Source of the DNA: Podarcis vaucheri
Taxonomy: Eukaryota
NCBI GenBank assembly: GCA_965113315.1
Contig: OZ220370.1
Strand: one strand, 5' to 3'
DNA: 64,000 nucleotides
Positions 48,521 to 61,235 of this stretch are shown here, piece after piece. The notes below the pieces were generated by a model that did no database searches, was not told where the DNA came from, and saw nothing but the letters and a program-made list of their open reading frames with translations. Numbering within the stretch: position 1 is the first letter of the stretch; the number at the start of each line of letters is the position of its first letter. Both the position numbers and the translations under genes were made by a program.

Positions 48521-48879
48521 TGCGGATGGCGCTGTGGTCTAAACCACTGAGCCTCTTGGGCTTGCCAATCAGAATGTTGGTGGTTCGAATCCCTGCAACA
48601 GAGTGAGCTCCCGTTGCTCTGTCCCAGCTCCTGCCAACCTATCAGTTCAAAAGCACACCAGTGCAAGTAGATCAATAGGTACCACTGTGGCGGGAAGGTA
48701 AACGGTGTTTCTGTGCACTCTGGTTTCCGTCACAGTATTATGTTACACCAGAAGTGTTTCAGTCATGCTGGAAAGCTGTCTGTGGACAAACGCCGGCTCT
48801 CTCAGCCTGAAAGCAAGATGAGCGCCACAAGATGAGTCGCCTTTGACTGGACATAACCATCCAGGGGTCCTTTACCTTT
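48521..48879 (+). mobile_element. Sauria SINE, divergent subfamily
   Basis: Head GGCGCTGTGGTCTAAACCACTGAGCC; tail GAGTCGCCTTTGACTGGAC...TTTACCTTT. Confidence 0.9.
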
Positions 48880-49333
48880 TTATGTAGCATAGAGAACCAG
48901 GGGAAAGAATTCATTCCAAAGAGAGGGATAAGACAAGAGAAGAAATGAAGATGGCCTCTCTATAGTCATCTGGTAGCTCCTTGGATTGGCTGAGGGGAAG
49001 CATGTTCAGTTCGCTCCCCCTCACCTGAGATAATTCCTTTGCCTGCCTCTCCCAACCTTGTGACCTCCAGAGGTTTTGGACTACAACTCTTATCATCCCT
49101 AGTCATTGGCTATACTGGCTGGGGCTAATGGGAGTTCTAGTTCAAAAGCATTTCAAGGTTGAGAAAGGCTGAAATATGTGGGCCTGGGATGAGTACCTGT
49201 GCCAGGTGTATTCCCTGCCAGCACAAGGGAGGAAGAAATGTGCACACAGAGCCCTCAGCCAAGGCTTGGCTTTGGAGATTGTTTCAGCTACGCTAAAAAT
49301 GTTGGCAAGGGCAGGGCCATTAGCAAGAGTCCT

Positions 49334-49820
49334 TAGAATCATAGAATCATAGAGTTGGAATAGACCACAAAGGCCATCGAGTCCAACCCCCTGCCAAGCA
49401 GGAAACACCATCAGAGCACTCCTGACATATGGTTGTCAAGCCTCTGCTTAAAGACCTCCAAAGTAGGAGACTCCACCACACTCCTTGGCAGCAAATTCCA
49501 CTGTCAAACAGCTCTTACTTCCTAATGTTTAGGTGGAATCTTCTTTCTTGTAGTTTGGATCCATTGCTCCGTGTCCGCTTCTCTGGAGCAGCAGAAAACA
49601 ACCTTTCTCCCTCCTCTATGTGACATCCTTTTATATATTTGAACATGGCTATCATATCACCCCTTAACCTCCTCTTCTCCAGGCTAAACATGCCCAGCTC
49701 CCTTAGCTGTTCCTCATAAGGCATCGTTTCCAGACCTTTGACCATTTTGGTTGCCCTCCTCTGGACACGTTCCAGTTTGTCAGTGTCCTTCTTGAACTGT
49801 GGTGCCCAGAACTGGACACA
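49334..49820 (-). mobile_element. CR1 LINE 3' fragment
   Basis: ORF2 C-terminus [31 protein letters not shown]; (ATTCTATG)n tail. Confidence 0.93.
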
Positions 49821-50062
49821 CTCCTACGCTGCCCAGCCTCCCCATTTTGTCAGCACCTGAACGGACTCAAAGGGTGGCAAATAGATGAGCACGTGGCTGC
49901 ATAGTGCACTGAAAGAGTGGTGGGAACTAAATTAGGGGCTTTGCTGTATTTCCCCACATTTTAGCAGTCTGCTGAACCGTATGTTGCTTGTGGAAATGGG
50001 CGTGGTGTTTGAGAACTTGGGAATTAAACATGGAAAAACAGAACAGCTTTTAGGGTGGTAAG

Positions 50063-50786
50063 CAGGGCTGGATTTAGGTTTGAGGAGGCCCTAAGCTACT
50101 GAAGGTAATGGGGCCCTTTATACAGTGGTACCTCGGGTTACATACGCTTCAGGTTACAGACTCCACTAACTCAGAAATAGTACCTCGGGTTAAGAACTTT
50201 GCTTCAGGATGAGAACAGAAATTGTGCTCCAGCGGCACGGCGGGAGGGGGGCCCCATTAGCTAAAGTGGTGTGTCAGGTTAAGAACAGTTTCAGGTTAAG
50301 AACGGACCTCCGGAACGAATTAAGTACTTAACCTGAGGTACCACTGTATGTCTAGCTGTCCTTTGTCAACAACAAATTGTCACTGTTTTTTGTGTTGAAT
50401 ATATGCTATATTGTAATTTATGGGCGTAATAGGTATCTCAAGCCATTTGCACATAACAAAATATGTATTTTATCAACGTAATTGTTGAACTGAAATACAG
50501 TTAAGAACAAGTATATTAATAGTGAAATACAATTAAGAAGTATATTAATAGTGAAATAATTATTAAGCTCTAACTTAAAATGATTGGGGCCCCATTACTT
50601 ACATCATAGGAGCCTACACAACACAAAACACTGTTGCTGTATGTAGGTTTTATTTTATTTGTTCTTTATCTTTTATTTTGGAAATGTGCATCCAGTTTTT
50701 TTCCCTTTAATTTTTTTTGGTCCCCCCAATAGAGTGGGGTCCTAAGCTATAGCTTGTTTAGCTTATACAGTATACACATGGCATTG
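50063..50786. mobile_element. Non-autonomous DNA transposon (superfamily uncertain) hosting a MITE
   Basis: CAGGGCTGGATTTA start, CCTAAGCTA subterminal motif at both ends, AT-rich interior. Confidence 0.5.
50123..50346. mobile_element. Tigger/pogo-like MITE (family A)
   Basis: TA-CAGTGGTACCTCGGGTTA...TAACCTGAGGTACCACTG-TA. Confidence 0.9.
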
Positions 50787-51574
50787 CACTGTAACTGAAG
50801 AGAGTTCAGAGCACTTTACTGAAGCATTTGAAAACTCCCACAATAGCCTGTGTAGAAAGAGCTGGAAAGAAGGAGGACAATAATTTCGTTCTTTGGACTT
50901 AGCTTTTCCTTCTGTTGACTGAAGCCAATGGCACCTCTGTCATTAGTTATTGTGTTGTGTTCCTGTTGTTGTTAATGGAACTGGGTGGAGAGAAGTTTGT
51001 GGCTTCTAAGAAAGAAACCATGACCTCTGTGGTTAGTAGACTTCTCTGCTCATAGAAATTCCCTATATAATGTAGAACTCTTGAGTTTCCAGGGTTCTGA
51101 ATCATGCAGTGGGAGCCTAAATGGGTAAAGATGACTCCCCTCCCCAGAAGTCATTCTTCCAACTTGTGGAGGAGAAATTGTGGTGGGAGGAGTCAACAAA
51201 CTCGTCTAATTTCTTTGCTCCCGCACACCTTGATTAAAGGTGGAAGTAGAATACTTGAATAAAGCTATTGTTTAGCCAATAGGTTCCATGGCATCTGGGT
51301 GGAGTTGGGAGTTTCCGCCTGATGTTCTGTCTTAAGAGTTCCTGTCCAGTGTCCAGACAGAATAGCTAAGAACAAAAGTGGAACACTTCAGGTTGGGTTT
51401 CTGCCCATAACAGAAAGGAGTTTACAATTCCAGATTACTCGTGGGAGTTGCCACTTTCAAACAGTGCTCCTTCCATGCAAGCAGCATCCTGTGAAGAAAA
51501 GACCATGGAGAAAAATTCCAGCTGGTTTTCTGTGTCAGGGCATTTTTCCACAGAGGTGATCATTTGACGATGAT

Positions 51575-51925
51575 GGTAAAAGGTAAAGGTAAAGGACCCC
51601 TGGACGGTTAAGTCCAGTCAAAGGCGACTGTGGGGTTGAGGCACTTTCAGGCCGAGGGAACCAGCGTTTGTCCACATACAGCTTTCTGGGTCATGTGGCC
51701 AGCATGACTAAACCACTTCTGGTGCAACGGAACACCGTGACAGAGACCAGAGCACATGGAAACACTGTTTACCTTCCCACTGTAGCAGTACCTATTGATC
51801 TACTTGAACTGGTGTGCTTTCGAACTGCTGGGGCAGAGCAATGGGAGCTCACTCTGTCACAGGGATTAGAACCGCCCATCTTCCAATTGGCAAGCCCAAG
51901 AGGCTCAGTGGTTTAGACCACAGTG
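51575..51925 (-). mobile_element. Sauria SINE, divergent subfamily
   Basis: Shares diagnostic GTCAAAGGCGAC with 48521-48879. Confidence 0.88.
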
Positions 51926-52482
51926 ATGACAAAGACAACAACAACATTGTGTGTATATGCTGGGTTAGAAACTATGCAAAGGAGTTACACGATTAAAATA
52001 AACAATGGTAAATCAGCCCTTTTCCTCAGTGATTTCAAATCACAGTGATTTACATAAACTCACCCTGTTTATTAAAATGACATGGCTACACCTATTATCC
52101 ATGGATGAGGGGGAAGGAGAGGAAACAGTTGAGGCACTAGGCCTCACCTGCTTGCACACGCAACTATTTTTAAGCAGCTGCCTGAACCATCCTCTTTGGT
52201 ATCAACGGCTCTGGAGTGCCACCTACCACACTGAGAACACAGTGCAAGGCAATGAAAGATGGAGAATCGCAAGCAAGAGTGGTTTGACTTGTACACCTGT
52301 CAGGTTCGGTAGTACAAAGATCAGAGAAGGCCAGCCCCGAGAACAGCTTAGATAGGGCCTGCTCAGCCACTTGGTGGGGTGAGGCCACTGCCTCAGGCGG
52401 CAGAAACCCCCAAGGCGTGACCCCTGTGGGCACCTTGCCTGACCCACTGTCGATTTCAAGCTTAAGATTGTTCCAATTTCAG

Positions 52483-52800
52483 TGGACTTGTAAAATAGTA
52501 AAGGAATTCTGGGAAATGGTATATAATGAAATGGAAAAAAAAATGTTTAAGATAACCTTTATCAAAAAAACCCAGACACTTTTCTACTAGGAATAACAGG
52601 GAATGAGATACCAAATGATTTGAAAAGAATGTTTATGTATGCTACGATGGCCGCAAGAATCCTATTGGCCCAGAAGTGGAAGGAAGAAAAAGTCCAACCA
52701 AGGATTGATGTACCTTTTTGTCTTTGTTTTCGTTTGTTATTCTGTTATGTGATATTTGTTAGAATTGTGGAAAACTTAATAATTTTTTTAAAAAAGAATA
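52483..52800 (+). mobile_element. L1-clade LINE 3' fragment, frameshifted
   Basis: WTCKIVKEFWEMVY...MFMYATMAARILLAQKWK. Confidence 0.75.
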
Positions 52801-53367
52801 ACATGTCATTACTGCTGTATATACATGAAAAGAACAATGCCATTGCTTCGATTCCAAAAGGATTCCAAATTCACGAAGAGTTTTGTGTTTTTGGCAGTCT
52901 CGCGCCCAGAAACCTTGATTTGTACCTTGCCAGTCACAAATCTTATGATGGTTGTGCTATAAGCAGATATTGGTGCATCTTCCTCATGAAATGCCACAAA
53001 TTTATGAATTTGTCCCATTTCATGATTCTTCCCAGTGGGAAAATATCTCAATAATAAGTTGTGTTGAAGGGCTGTTTGCTAGGCTTGAAAATGTCTGTGA
53101 TGGAGCAGTGCTTCCACCTGGTGGCTTGAAGGCAGAAAGACGTCTGCTGCTGCAGGGTCTGGACTTGGCAGAAGGTGCAAAAATGAAACCGCCTCTGGAA
53201 GTTTGGGAGAAAGGTCATGCTAAAGACTATTTGTCTTTTGACTCTGAGAAGTGGGGCAGAAAATTCCAAACTGCTATGCACTGTGTGGAGAAATAATCTC
53301 TGTTGTCTGTCCCGAATTCACCACCATTGTGCCATTAGATGGACTCAGGTTCTGATATTTTAAGAGT

Positions 53368-53716
53368 AAAGGGTAAAGGGACCCCTGACCATTAGGTCCA
53401 GTCGTGACCGACTCTGGGGGTTGTGGCGCTCATCTCGCTTTATTGGCCAAGGGAGCCGGCGTACAGCTTCCAGGTCATGTGGCAAGCATGACTAAGCCAC
53501 TTCTGGTGAACCAGAGCAGCGCATGGAAACGCCGTTTACCTTCCCGCTGGAGTGGTGCCTATTTATCTACTTGCACTTTGACGTGCTTTTGAACTGCTAG
53601 GATGGAGCAGGGACCAAGCAATGGGAGCTCACCCCGTCGCGGGGATTCGAACTGCTGACATTCTGATCAGCAAGCCCTAGGCTCTGTGGTTTAACCCACA
53701 GCGCCACCTGCATCCC
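53368..53716 (-). mobile_element. Sauria SINE, full length
   Basis: Family match; TAAGAGT on both flanks. Confidence 0.94.
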
Positions 53717-53907
53717 AATAATAAGAGTGGGATTAAGAAAAACCATATTTCTAATCGATCCACTTTTTCTACGTTACTAGGAAACCTATTTTCAGCCGAA
53801 GAGGCACATTTCTTTCTAGAAACCTTCTGGGGTCCACTTGCAAGTTGTGAGTGAGGTCAGAGGCTCAAGAGGGTGGAGCAATGAGTGTAAATTTTACTTT
53901 TGTGTAG

Positions 53908-54046
53908 GATCATAGAATTGTAGGGTTGGAAGGACCAGGAGGATCATCTAGTCCAACCCCCTGCCGTGCAGGAATCTTTTGCCCAGTGTGGGGCTCAAAC
54001 CCACAACTCTGAGATTAAGAATCTCATGCTCTACCAGCTGAGCTAT
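53908..54046 (-). mobile_element. tRNA-Lys(CUU)-derived head plus CR1 tail SINE (Squam2-like)
   Basis: Minus strand TAGCTCAGCTGGTAGAGCATGAGATTCTTAATCTCAGAGTTGTGGGTTTGAGCCCCACACTGGGC fused to a CR1 3' end. Confidence 0.85.
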
Positions 54047-54294
54047 GATTCATGTATAGCAGTCTAGTTTCTACAAACATGGACCCATCCATCTCTGTCC
54101 AGCATCCAGGAAAGCAAGACACATGGTTGGAGTTTAAGGACACCTCCCAGCCTGGCAAGGAGGGTGAGAAGCAAGACCAAGGGCCACATAGAAAGATTTG
54201 GAGGGCCACTTTCAGCCACTGAGCCTGAGGTTCAGGCCCTGCTTTACACCATGCATAATTTTATACACCTCAGTATTTAACTAGAACTTGGTTA

Positions 54295-54967
54295 TTCTCA
54301 GTGAGCGGCCACTGGAACCATACAACACCACTTTTAAAGGATCTACACTGCCTGCCAGTACGTTTCCAAGCACAATTCAAAGTGCTGGTGCTGACCTTTA
54401 AAGCCCTAAATGGCCTCGACCCATTATACCTGAAGGAGTGTCTCCACCCCATTGCTCAGCCTGGACACTGAGGCTCCAAGGGCCTTCTGGTAGTTCCCCC
54501 AGTGCAGGAAGTGAAGCTATAGGAAACTAGTCAGAGGGCCTTTTCGGTGGTGGCTCCCTCCCTGTGGAATGCCCTCCCATCAGATGTCAAACAGAAGACA
54601 ACCTTGTATAGTGGTACCTCGAGTTACAGACACTTCAGCTTACAGACTATGCTAACCCAGAATAGTACCTCGGGTTAAGAACTTTCCTTCAGGATGAGAA
54701 CAGAAATTGCATGGCGGCAGCACAGCGGCAGCAGGAGGCCCCATTAGCTAAAGTGGTACCTCAAGTTAAGAACAGTTTCGGGTTAAGAACGGACTTTCAG
54801 AACGAATTAAGTTCTTAACCTGAGGTACCACTATATAAGGAAGTTTTTAATGTTTGATGTTTTATTATGTTTTTATATGTGTTGGAAGCTGCCCAAAGTG
54901 GCTGGGCAACCCAGTCTTATGGGTGGGGAATAATCATAGTCACAATCATAATCATAATCCATAATCC
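54295..54967 (+). mobile_element. L2-like LINE 3' fragment hosting a MITE
   Basis: LKDLHCLPVRFQAQFKVLVLTFKALNGL; (ATAATC)n tail. Confidence 0.85.
54609..54833. mobile_element. Tigger/pogo-like MITE (family A)
   Basis: Matches 50123-50346; TA flanks. Confidence 0.9.
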
Positions 54968-55029
54968 ACTATCTGCTCAACACTGAGCATCTAAACATAT
55001 GGAGTTAGTTACTCTAAGTCTTTCAGTTA

Positions 55030-55288
55030 CAGTATTTTTTGCTGAATAAGACTCACTTTTTCCCTCCTAAAAAGTAAGGGGAAATGTGTGTACGTCTTAT
55101 GGAGCGAATACAGGCTGCGCAGCTATCCCAGAAGCCAGAACAGCAAGAGGGATTGCTGCTTTCACTGCGCAGCGATCCCTCTTGCTGTTCTGGCTTCTGA
55201 GATTCAGAATATTTTTTTCCTTGTTTTCCTCCTCCAAAAACTAGGTGCATCTTGTGGTCTGGTGCATCTTATAGAGCGGAAAATACGG
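55030..55288. mobile_element. Tc1/pogo-type MITE with internal hairpin
   Basis: TA-CAGTATTTTTTGCT...ATAAGA / TCTTATAGAGCGGAAAATACGG-TA. Confidence 0.8.
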
Positions 55289-55797
55289 TACTCCTCAAGC
55301 TGTGATTTCTTTTCACAGAAGGGCTCTTGGGTGACACCTCCATAATATGTCAACAAGAGCTACCTCTTTAAAATAGAATTTTGCCAGGGTGACATTCTGA
55401 GTTCAGGATGAGAAGGAGTCATCCGAGTGACACGTTGCTGGGCTGGTTGCGCAACAGAGCATGACATGAGGTGTGCATTAAGTTATTTTAAGATGCACCG
55501 GCTCATCCAAAGGGATTATGGAGCTTTGACACAAAGCCAACTGACTCTCATGTCCGCAAGGTGAGATTACCTGATGATAACCACACCCCCTGGAGTGACT
55601 GCATGGATGCAATTACATAAAAAAGCCTTTTATTAACAGGGGAAAGTACCAAACCTTCCCTGGGAGAACACAAAGTTCATTGTTCCCCGCCTTGGCTGTG
55701 TGACTCACACTTTGACACTGAGAGGGATCTCCAGTACTGTATTGTACCAAGGCATGTATACGCTTGGGGAATTTAATAATAGGTCTCTCTAAAGATT

Positions 55798-56349
55798 CAC
55801 GAAATTAAAAGACGCCTGCTTCTTGGGAGAAAAGCAATGTCAAACCTAGACAGCATCTTAAAAAGCAGAGACATCACCTTGCCAACAAAGGTCCGTATAG
55901 TTAAAGCTATGGTTTTCCCAGTAGTGATATATGGAAGTAAGAGCTGGACCATAAAGAAAGCTGATCACTGAAGAATCTATGTTTTTGATTTATGGTGCTG
56001 GAGGAGACTCTTGAAAGTCCCATGGACTGCAAGAAGATCAAACCTCTCCATTCTGAAGGAAATCAGCCCTGAGTGCTCACTGGAAGGACAGATCTTGAAG
56101 CTGAGGTTCCAATACTTTGGCCATCTCATGAGAAGAGAAGACTCCCTGGAAAAGACCCTGATGTTGGGAAAGATGGAGGGCACAAGGAGAAGGGGACGAC
56201 AGAGGACGAGATGGTAGGACAGTGTTCTCGAAGCTACCAGCATGAGTTTGACCAAACTGCGGGAGGCAGTGGAAGACAGGAGTGCCTGGCGTGCTCTGGT
56301 CCATGGGGTCATGAAGAGTTGGACACGACTAAAGGACTAAACAACAACA
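55798..56349 (+). mobile_element. Bov-B 3' fragment (longest copy, with in-frame stops)
   Basis: EIKRRLLLGRKAMSNLDSILKSRDITLPTKVRIVKAMVFPVVIYGS...; TSD AAAGATT. Confidence 0.95.
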
Positions 56350-56906
56350 AAAGATTTTTATTGGAACAATGGCAGGACAGATTACTACAGCTCAGGCTGT
56401 TGGAAATAAATTTCTGTATTTCATTACCACAGGGCGGATGGGGTGGGGGCAGAAGGTAGACTGAGATCTAGCGCAAGATCTCTTGAGCGATTTGCAGTAG
56501 ATGAGCACGAGTTTCCCAATTCCCAATTGCTTACCAACAGCAGCAACAAAATGTCTGTTCCCTTCCACCCTAAAATTTAACTGTGGAAATGAAAGAAAGG
56601 TTGGGGCGACCTGGGCTGTGTGTGGGGAAGGGGGGGGGGGAAATAACACATTTGCAGCCAGATGTTGCAGAATATATATAATACACTCAGAGACATATAA
56701 AAATCTGCTTAATTCCAGGACTGCCATAATAACTCAGAGACACCTTTTCTCCTTCCGTGGGAGGGTGACCGTATAATAAAGATAAATTGGGGGTTCAAAG
56801 GAGGAGGGGGAAAAAAACCTTCTTCCTGTGTAGCTCAAACTAAAGAATGCATTTTTTTTCTTGGATAGCAAGTCCTTCCAAACAAAATAATTCACTGTCC
56901 TTCTGA

Positions 56907-56908
<2 letters not shown>

Positions 56909-56963
<55 letters not shown>
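56909..56963. repeat. (CT)n microsatellite
   Basis: Read directly from sequence. Confidence 0.95.
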
Positions 56964-56966
<3 letters not shown>

Positions 56967-57454
56967 GCTACCCGAACAGTGCAGTGCAAAGTTATTTTGA
57001 CACATTCATGCCCTCCACATGTCAAATACTCTTTCCAAGCAGCCTGTGCCTGCCTAGGAGAGTGTGGGGAAATAACTTTGAGCTTCTCTGCCGGTGTGCA
57101 TGTTGGCTTCTTGTGTTTTTCTTGATGGAGGTGATCTGTTTCGGAACGTTCCTCTGGTTTGGCAAGAACGCCAAATTATAGCGCCGCAAGTCCAGGCAGT
57201 GTTTGTTGACTTGCACAGAGGGTGTTGCTTCATGTGTGGGAGTGTGGACGGGGAGTTTGCCAGTCAAATAAAAGGCATCATTAGGGACATAGCTTGCTTT
57301 TTGCAACTGCGTTTTAGGTGGTGGGGGGCAGGAGGATTTGTTTCTCTAAGTTGTTACAGTTCTCGCTGCGTATTTCTTAACAGAGCTAAATGTTAAAAAA
57401 ACTGGCTGACAATGAGCTAAATAATTCCCAAGTCCCATTACTATGACCAACAAA

Positions 57455-58191
57455 AATCATAGAATCGTAGAGTTGGAAGGGACCACGAGGGTCTTCTAGT
57501 CCAACCCCTTGGAATGCAGAAATCTCAACTAAAGCATCCATGACAGATGGCTGTCCAACCTCTGCTTAAAAACCTCCAAGGAAGGAGAGTCAACAACCTC
57601 CCAAGGGAGACCGTTCCACTGTCGAACAGCGCTTACTGCCAGAAAGTTCTCCCTGATGTTCAGTCAGAATCTCCTTTCTTGTAACCTGAAGCCATTGGTT
57701 TGGGTCCTACCCTCCAGAGCAGGAGAAAACAAGCTTGCTCCATCTTCCGTCTGACAGCCCTTGAATTATTTGAATATAGCAGTCATATCTCCTCTCAGTC
57801 TTGTCTTTTTCAGGCTAAATATACCCAACTCCTTCAACCGTTCCTCATGAGGCTTGGTTTCCAGACCCTTCATCATCTTGGTCACCTTCCTTTGCAGACG
57901 TTCCAGCTTGTCAATACAGTGGTACCTCAGGTTAAGAACCTAATTAGTTCTGGAGGTCCCTTCTTAACCTGAAACTGTTCTTAACCTGAGGTACCACTTT
58001 AGCTAATGGGGCCTCCTGCTGCCGCCACGCCGCTGCCGCACAATTTCTGTTCACATCCTGATGCAAAGTTCCTAACCCGAGGTACTATTTCTGGGTTAGC
58101 GGAGTCTGTAACCTGAAGCATATGTAACCCGAGGTACCACTGTACCCTTCTTAAATATTAGCACCCAGAACTGGACACAGTATTCCAGGTG
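57455..58191 (-). mobile_element. CR1 LINE 3' fragment hosting a MITE
   Basis: Homologous to 49334-49820; resumes after the MITE with CCCAGAACTGGACACAGTATTCCAG. Confidence 0.88.
57917..58142. mobile_element. Tigger/pogo-like MITE (family A, reversed)
   Basis: TA-CAGTGGTACCTC...GAGGTACCACTG-TA. Confidence 0.92.
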
Positions 58192-59075
58192 TCACAAAAT
58201 AGTGAGCAAGCTTTTTTTAGGCTGTTAGAGTTCTTCATCAGACTGAATGTTACGCAAGAGACAATAAGAAGTTTGAAAGAAGCTGGCTTGCTGTTGAAGC
58301 CAGAATGTCTTCAAAAGTAAAAAATCATAACTGTTGTATAGACTTAGAAAGGGTGTGGTGTATACAGGGTCTGGTTATGGAGATTGTCATAAAGAGCACC
58401 TGTATTTCAGAATTTTCAGTTACATCACTATATAGAGTTCCCATAAATAAACACCCCACAACTTGGCCTGGCTCAGTCTGACTTGGATCAATTTCACTGC
58501 GGAGAGCAGAACTGAGGAATAACCTTCTATTAAACTTCTGAGAGGGGGTGAACTCCCATGCAGAATTGCCTTATTTCCTGAAAATCATTCTGTGACCAAA
58601 GGATCTCTTCAGCAAATGTACTGCTTTGAAAGGAGGCTCTGTGTGAAACCTGAAATTAACTTAAAATCTAACAAAGTAGCCCTATGGCTATAAAAGCTCA
58701 CATTGCAATAACCAGTTGGGCTTCAACCCTATGGGTATTTGGGCATGCATTTGGAATCAATGGGGTTTAAGCAGCCTAACTATGCGGCCACACAGGAGGG
58801 GGGGGGACCCAGCTATAAATAAGTCCGAAATTAGAACAACAACACACACACAAAAAAACCACCCTTATGGAAAAACACACATAAAAATTTATTGCTCTCT
58901 GGCACCATCTGGTGTTGCATGTTTAAAGCGCATTCAATTGGTTGTTTCTCTACTAATGTAGCTGAGTCCTATACTTTGGTTTTAAGTAGAGTATACTCAG
59001 ACACAGAATAATAAGTGCTTTGTGCCTATTAAATGGAGAGCTACCATTCTACCCCCTGATACTGCCATGGATGTA

Positions 59076-60201
59076 CAGGTGAAACTAAAAAAAATTAGAA
59101 TATTGTGGAAAAGTTCATTTATTTCAGTAATTCAACTTAAAAGGTAAAACTGATATATGAGATAGACTAATGACATGCAAAGCAAGATATATCAAGCCTT
59201 TATTTGTTATAATTGTGATGTTTATGGCGTACAGCTGATGAAAACCCCAAATTAACAATCTCAGAAAATTAGAATATTAAATGAAATCAGCAAAATGAGG
59301 ACTGCAAATAAAGCAATATTGGACCTCTGAGAAGTAGAAGCTAATGACATGGCTCCCCAAATCAACACAGACTGTGGAAACTTCACACTGGACTTCAAGC
59401 ATCTGGCATTGTGTGCCTCCCCATTCTTCCTCCAGACTCTGGGTCCTTGGTTTCCAAATGAGATGCAAAAGCTGCTCTCATCAGAAAAGAGATTTGGGGA
59501 GCCATGTCGTCAGCTGGTGTTGGTCCACTGTGCTTCATTAATTCCAGGGTCAACGTAGCTGTCTACCAGGAGATTTTGGAGCACTTCATGCTTCCTTCCA
59601 CAGACGAGCTTTATGGGGATGCTGATTTCATTTTCCAGTAGGACTTTGGCACCTGCCTACACTGTCAAAAGTACTGAAACCTGGTTCAATGGACATGGGA
59701 TTACTCTGCTTGATTGGCCAGCAAACCCGCCTGACCTGAACCCCATAGAGAATGTATGGGGCATTGCCAAGAGAAAGATGAGAGACATGAAACCAAGCAA
59801 TGCAGAAGAGCTGAAGGCTGCTATTGAAGCTTCCTGGTCTTCCATAACACCTCAGCAGTGCCACAGGCTGATAGCATCCGTGCCACACCGCATTGAGGCA
59901 GTAATTGATGCAAAAGGGGCCCAAACCAACTACTTGCTTCTACTTCTCAGAGGTCCAATATTGCTCTATTTGCAGTCCTCGTTTTGCTGATTTCATTTAA
60001 TATTCTAATTTTCTGAGATTGTTAATTTGGGGTTTTCATCAGCTGTACGCCATAAACATCACAATTATAACAAATAAAGGCTTGACATATCTCGCTTTGC
60101 ATGTCATGAGTCTATCTCATATATTAGTTTCACCTTTTAAGTTGAATTACTGAAATAAATGAACTTTTCCACAATATTCTAATTTTTTTGAGTTTCACCT
60201 G
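59076..60201. mobile_element. Tc1-like transposon with long IR/DR TIRs, internally deleted and rearranged
   Basis: TA TSDs; TIRs of about 266 bp (59076-59341, 59936-60201); AAAATTAGAATATT twice per TIR. Confidence 0.95.
59491..59932 (+). pseudogene. Tc1 (DD34E-type) transposase C-terminal remnant
   Basis: IWGAMSSAGVGPLCF...DFIFQ*D (TAG 59639-59641), a frameshift, then WPANPPDLNPIENVW...AVIDAKGAQTNY. Confidence 0.92.
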
Positions 60202-60526
60202 TAGTGTGGTAGGTTGCGAAAATGCTGAGCCTAATGGGGGAAATCTATCTGGTTTGCCAGACTATGTCTTATGGCTACTGCACACAGCAATAGAATGAGT
60301 GTTCAGTCTGTAAGAAATGGAAAATTGAACCTAGTAGGGCACTTCTGGCTCAATGTTAATTTCATTGAATGGCTTAAGTAAAGAGGAGGTAGAAAACTGG
60401 GTTGCTTTCATTACTGTATTTGCAGCTACTAACCACACATTTGGGAGAATGGAGGGTATCTTTCTTTAGTGGAGCAAATGATTTCACCCACCATTTTATT
60501 TACCCAGAAGGCTGTACATGTTGCTC

Positions 60527-60679
60527 CAGGGCTTTTTCCCCAGCCAGAACTTGCTGGAACTCAGTTCTGGCACCTCTCAGATGGGCGCCATTGCCATTAT
60601 AAGAGAACAATATTCATTATAAGAGAACAGTGTTCAAAGTGAGTTCGGACACCATTTCCCCCTTGGAAAAATAGCATTG
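60527..60679. mobile_element. hAT MITE
   Basis: CAGGGCTTTTT...AAATAGCATTG; 8-bp TSD TGTTGC(T/A)C. Confidence 0.75.
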
Positions 60680-61235
60680 TGTTGCACCATTCTGGGAGGA
60701 AAGTGACAACCACCAAAAAGGTAATTGCAAGTGACAGCTCCCATTTTGTGTGTATGGTGGCTGCCATTTTCCACAAAGAATTAGGTGGAACAATCCAATA
60801 TTTAGAGCATTCTGGGAAAATAAAGTAGCTACTGCCTAGAGAGGCATGGCTGCTGAAATTAGCTGCACCGAGGATGTAAAATAACCCTCTGCCAATCTGA
60901 GTCACTAAATGAATAATAAAACAAATAATGAAAATGAATGGAATATCAATACAAACAATGTTTCTTGAATACCCCTGTAGAGCAGCCACCATGCTGAGGC
61001 TATTTCAAGTCGCTGTTATAATGTACAATTCCACTCCGCTCAGTAGCTGTGTCCTGGGGTTTGAACCCTGGAAAATTCTAGAACATGATGCCATTTGAAT
61101 GTTCCGTTGAAATAAATGCTACCCGAGATACTCAGGAACAGCTTTTTCAGATGATTTTTTGGAAGCGTATTCCATTCAAAAATTTAAAAAACAGGTTAGT
61201 GTTTTGGATTTTTGTTCTGTCTTGTATCTTGTCAT

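Noticed and set aside
53980-54046. Functional tRNA-Lys gene
   Set aside because: The 5' acceptor strand is missing, the T-loop is mutated and it is fused to a CR1 tail; it is a SINE head.
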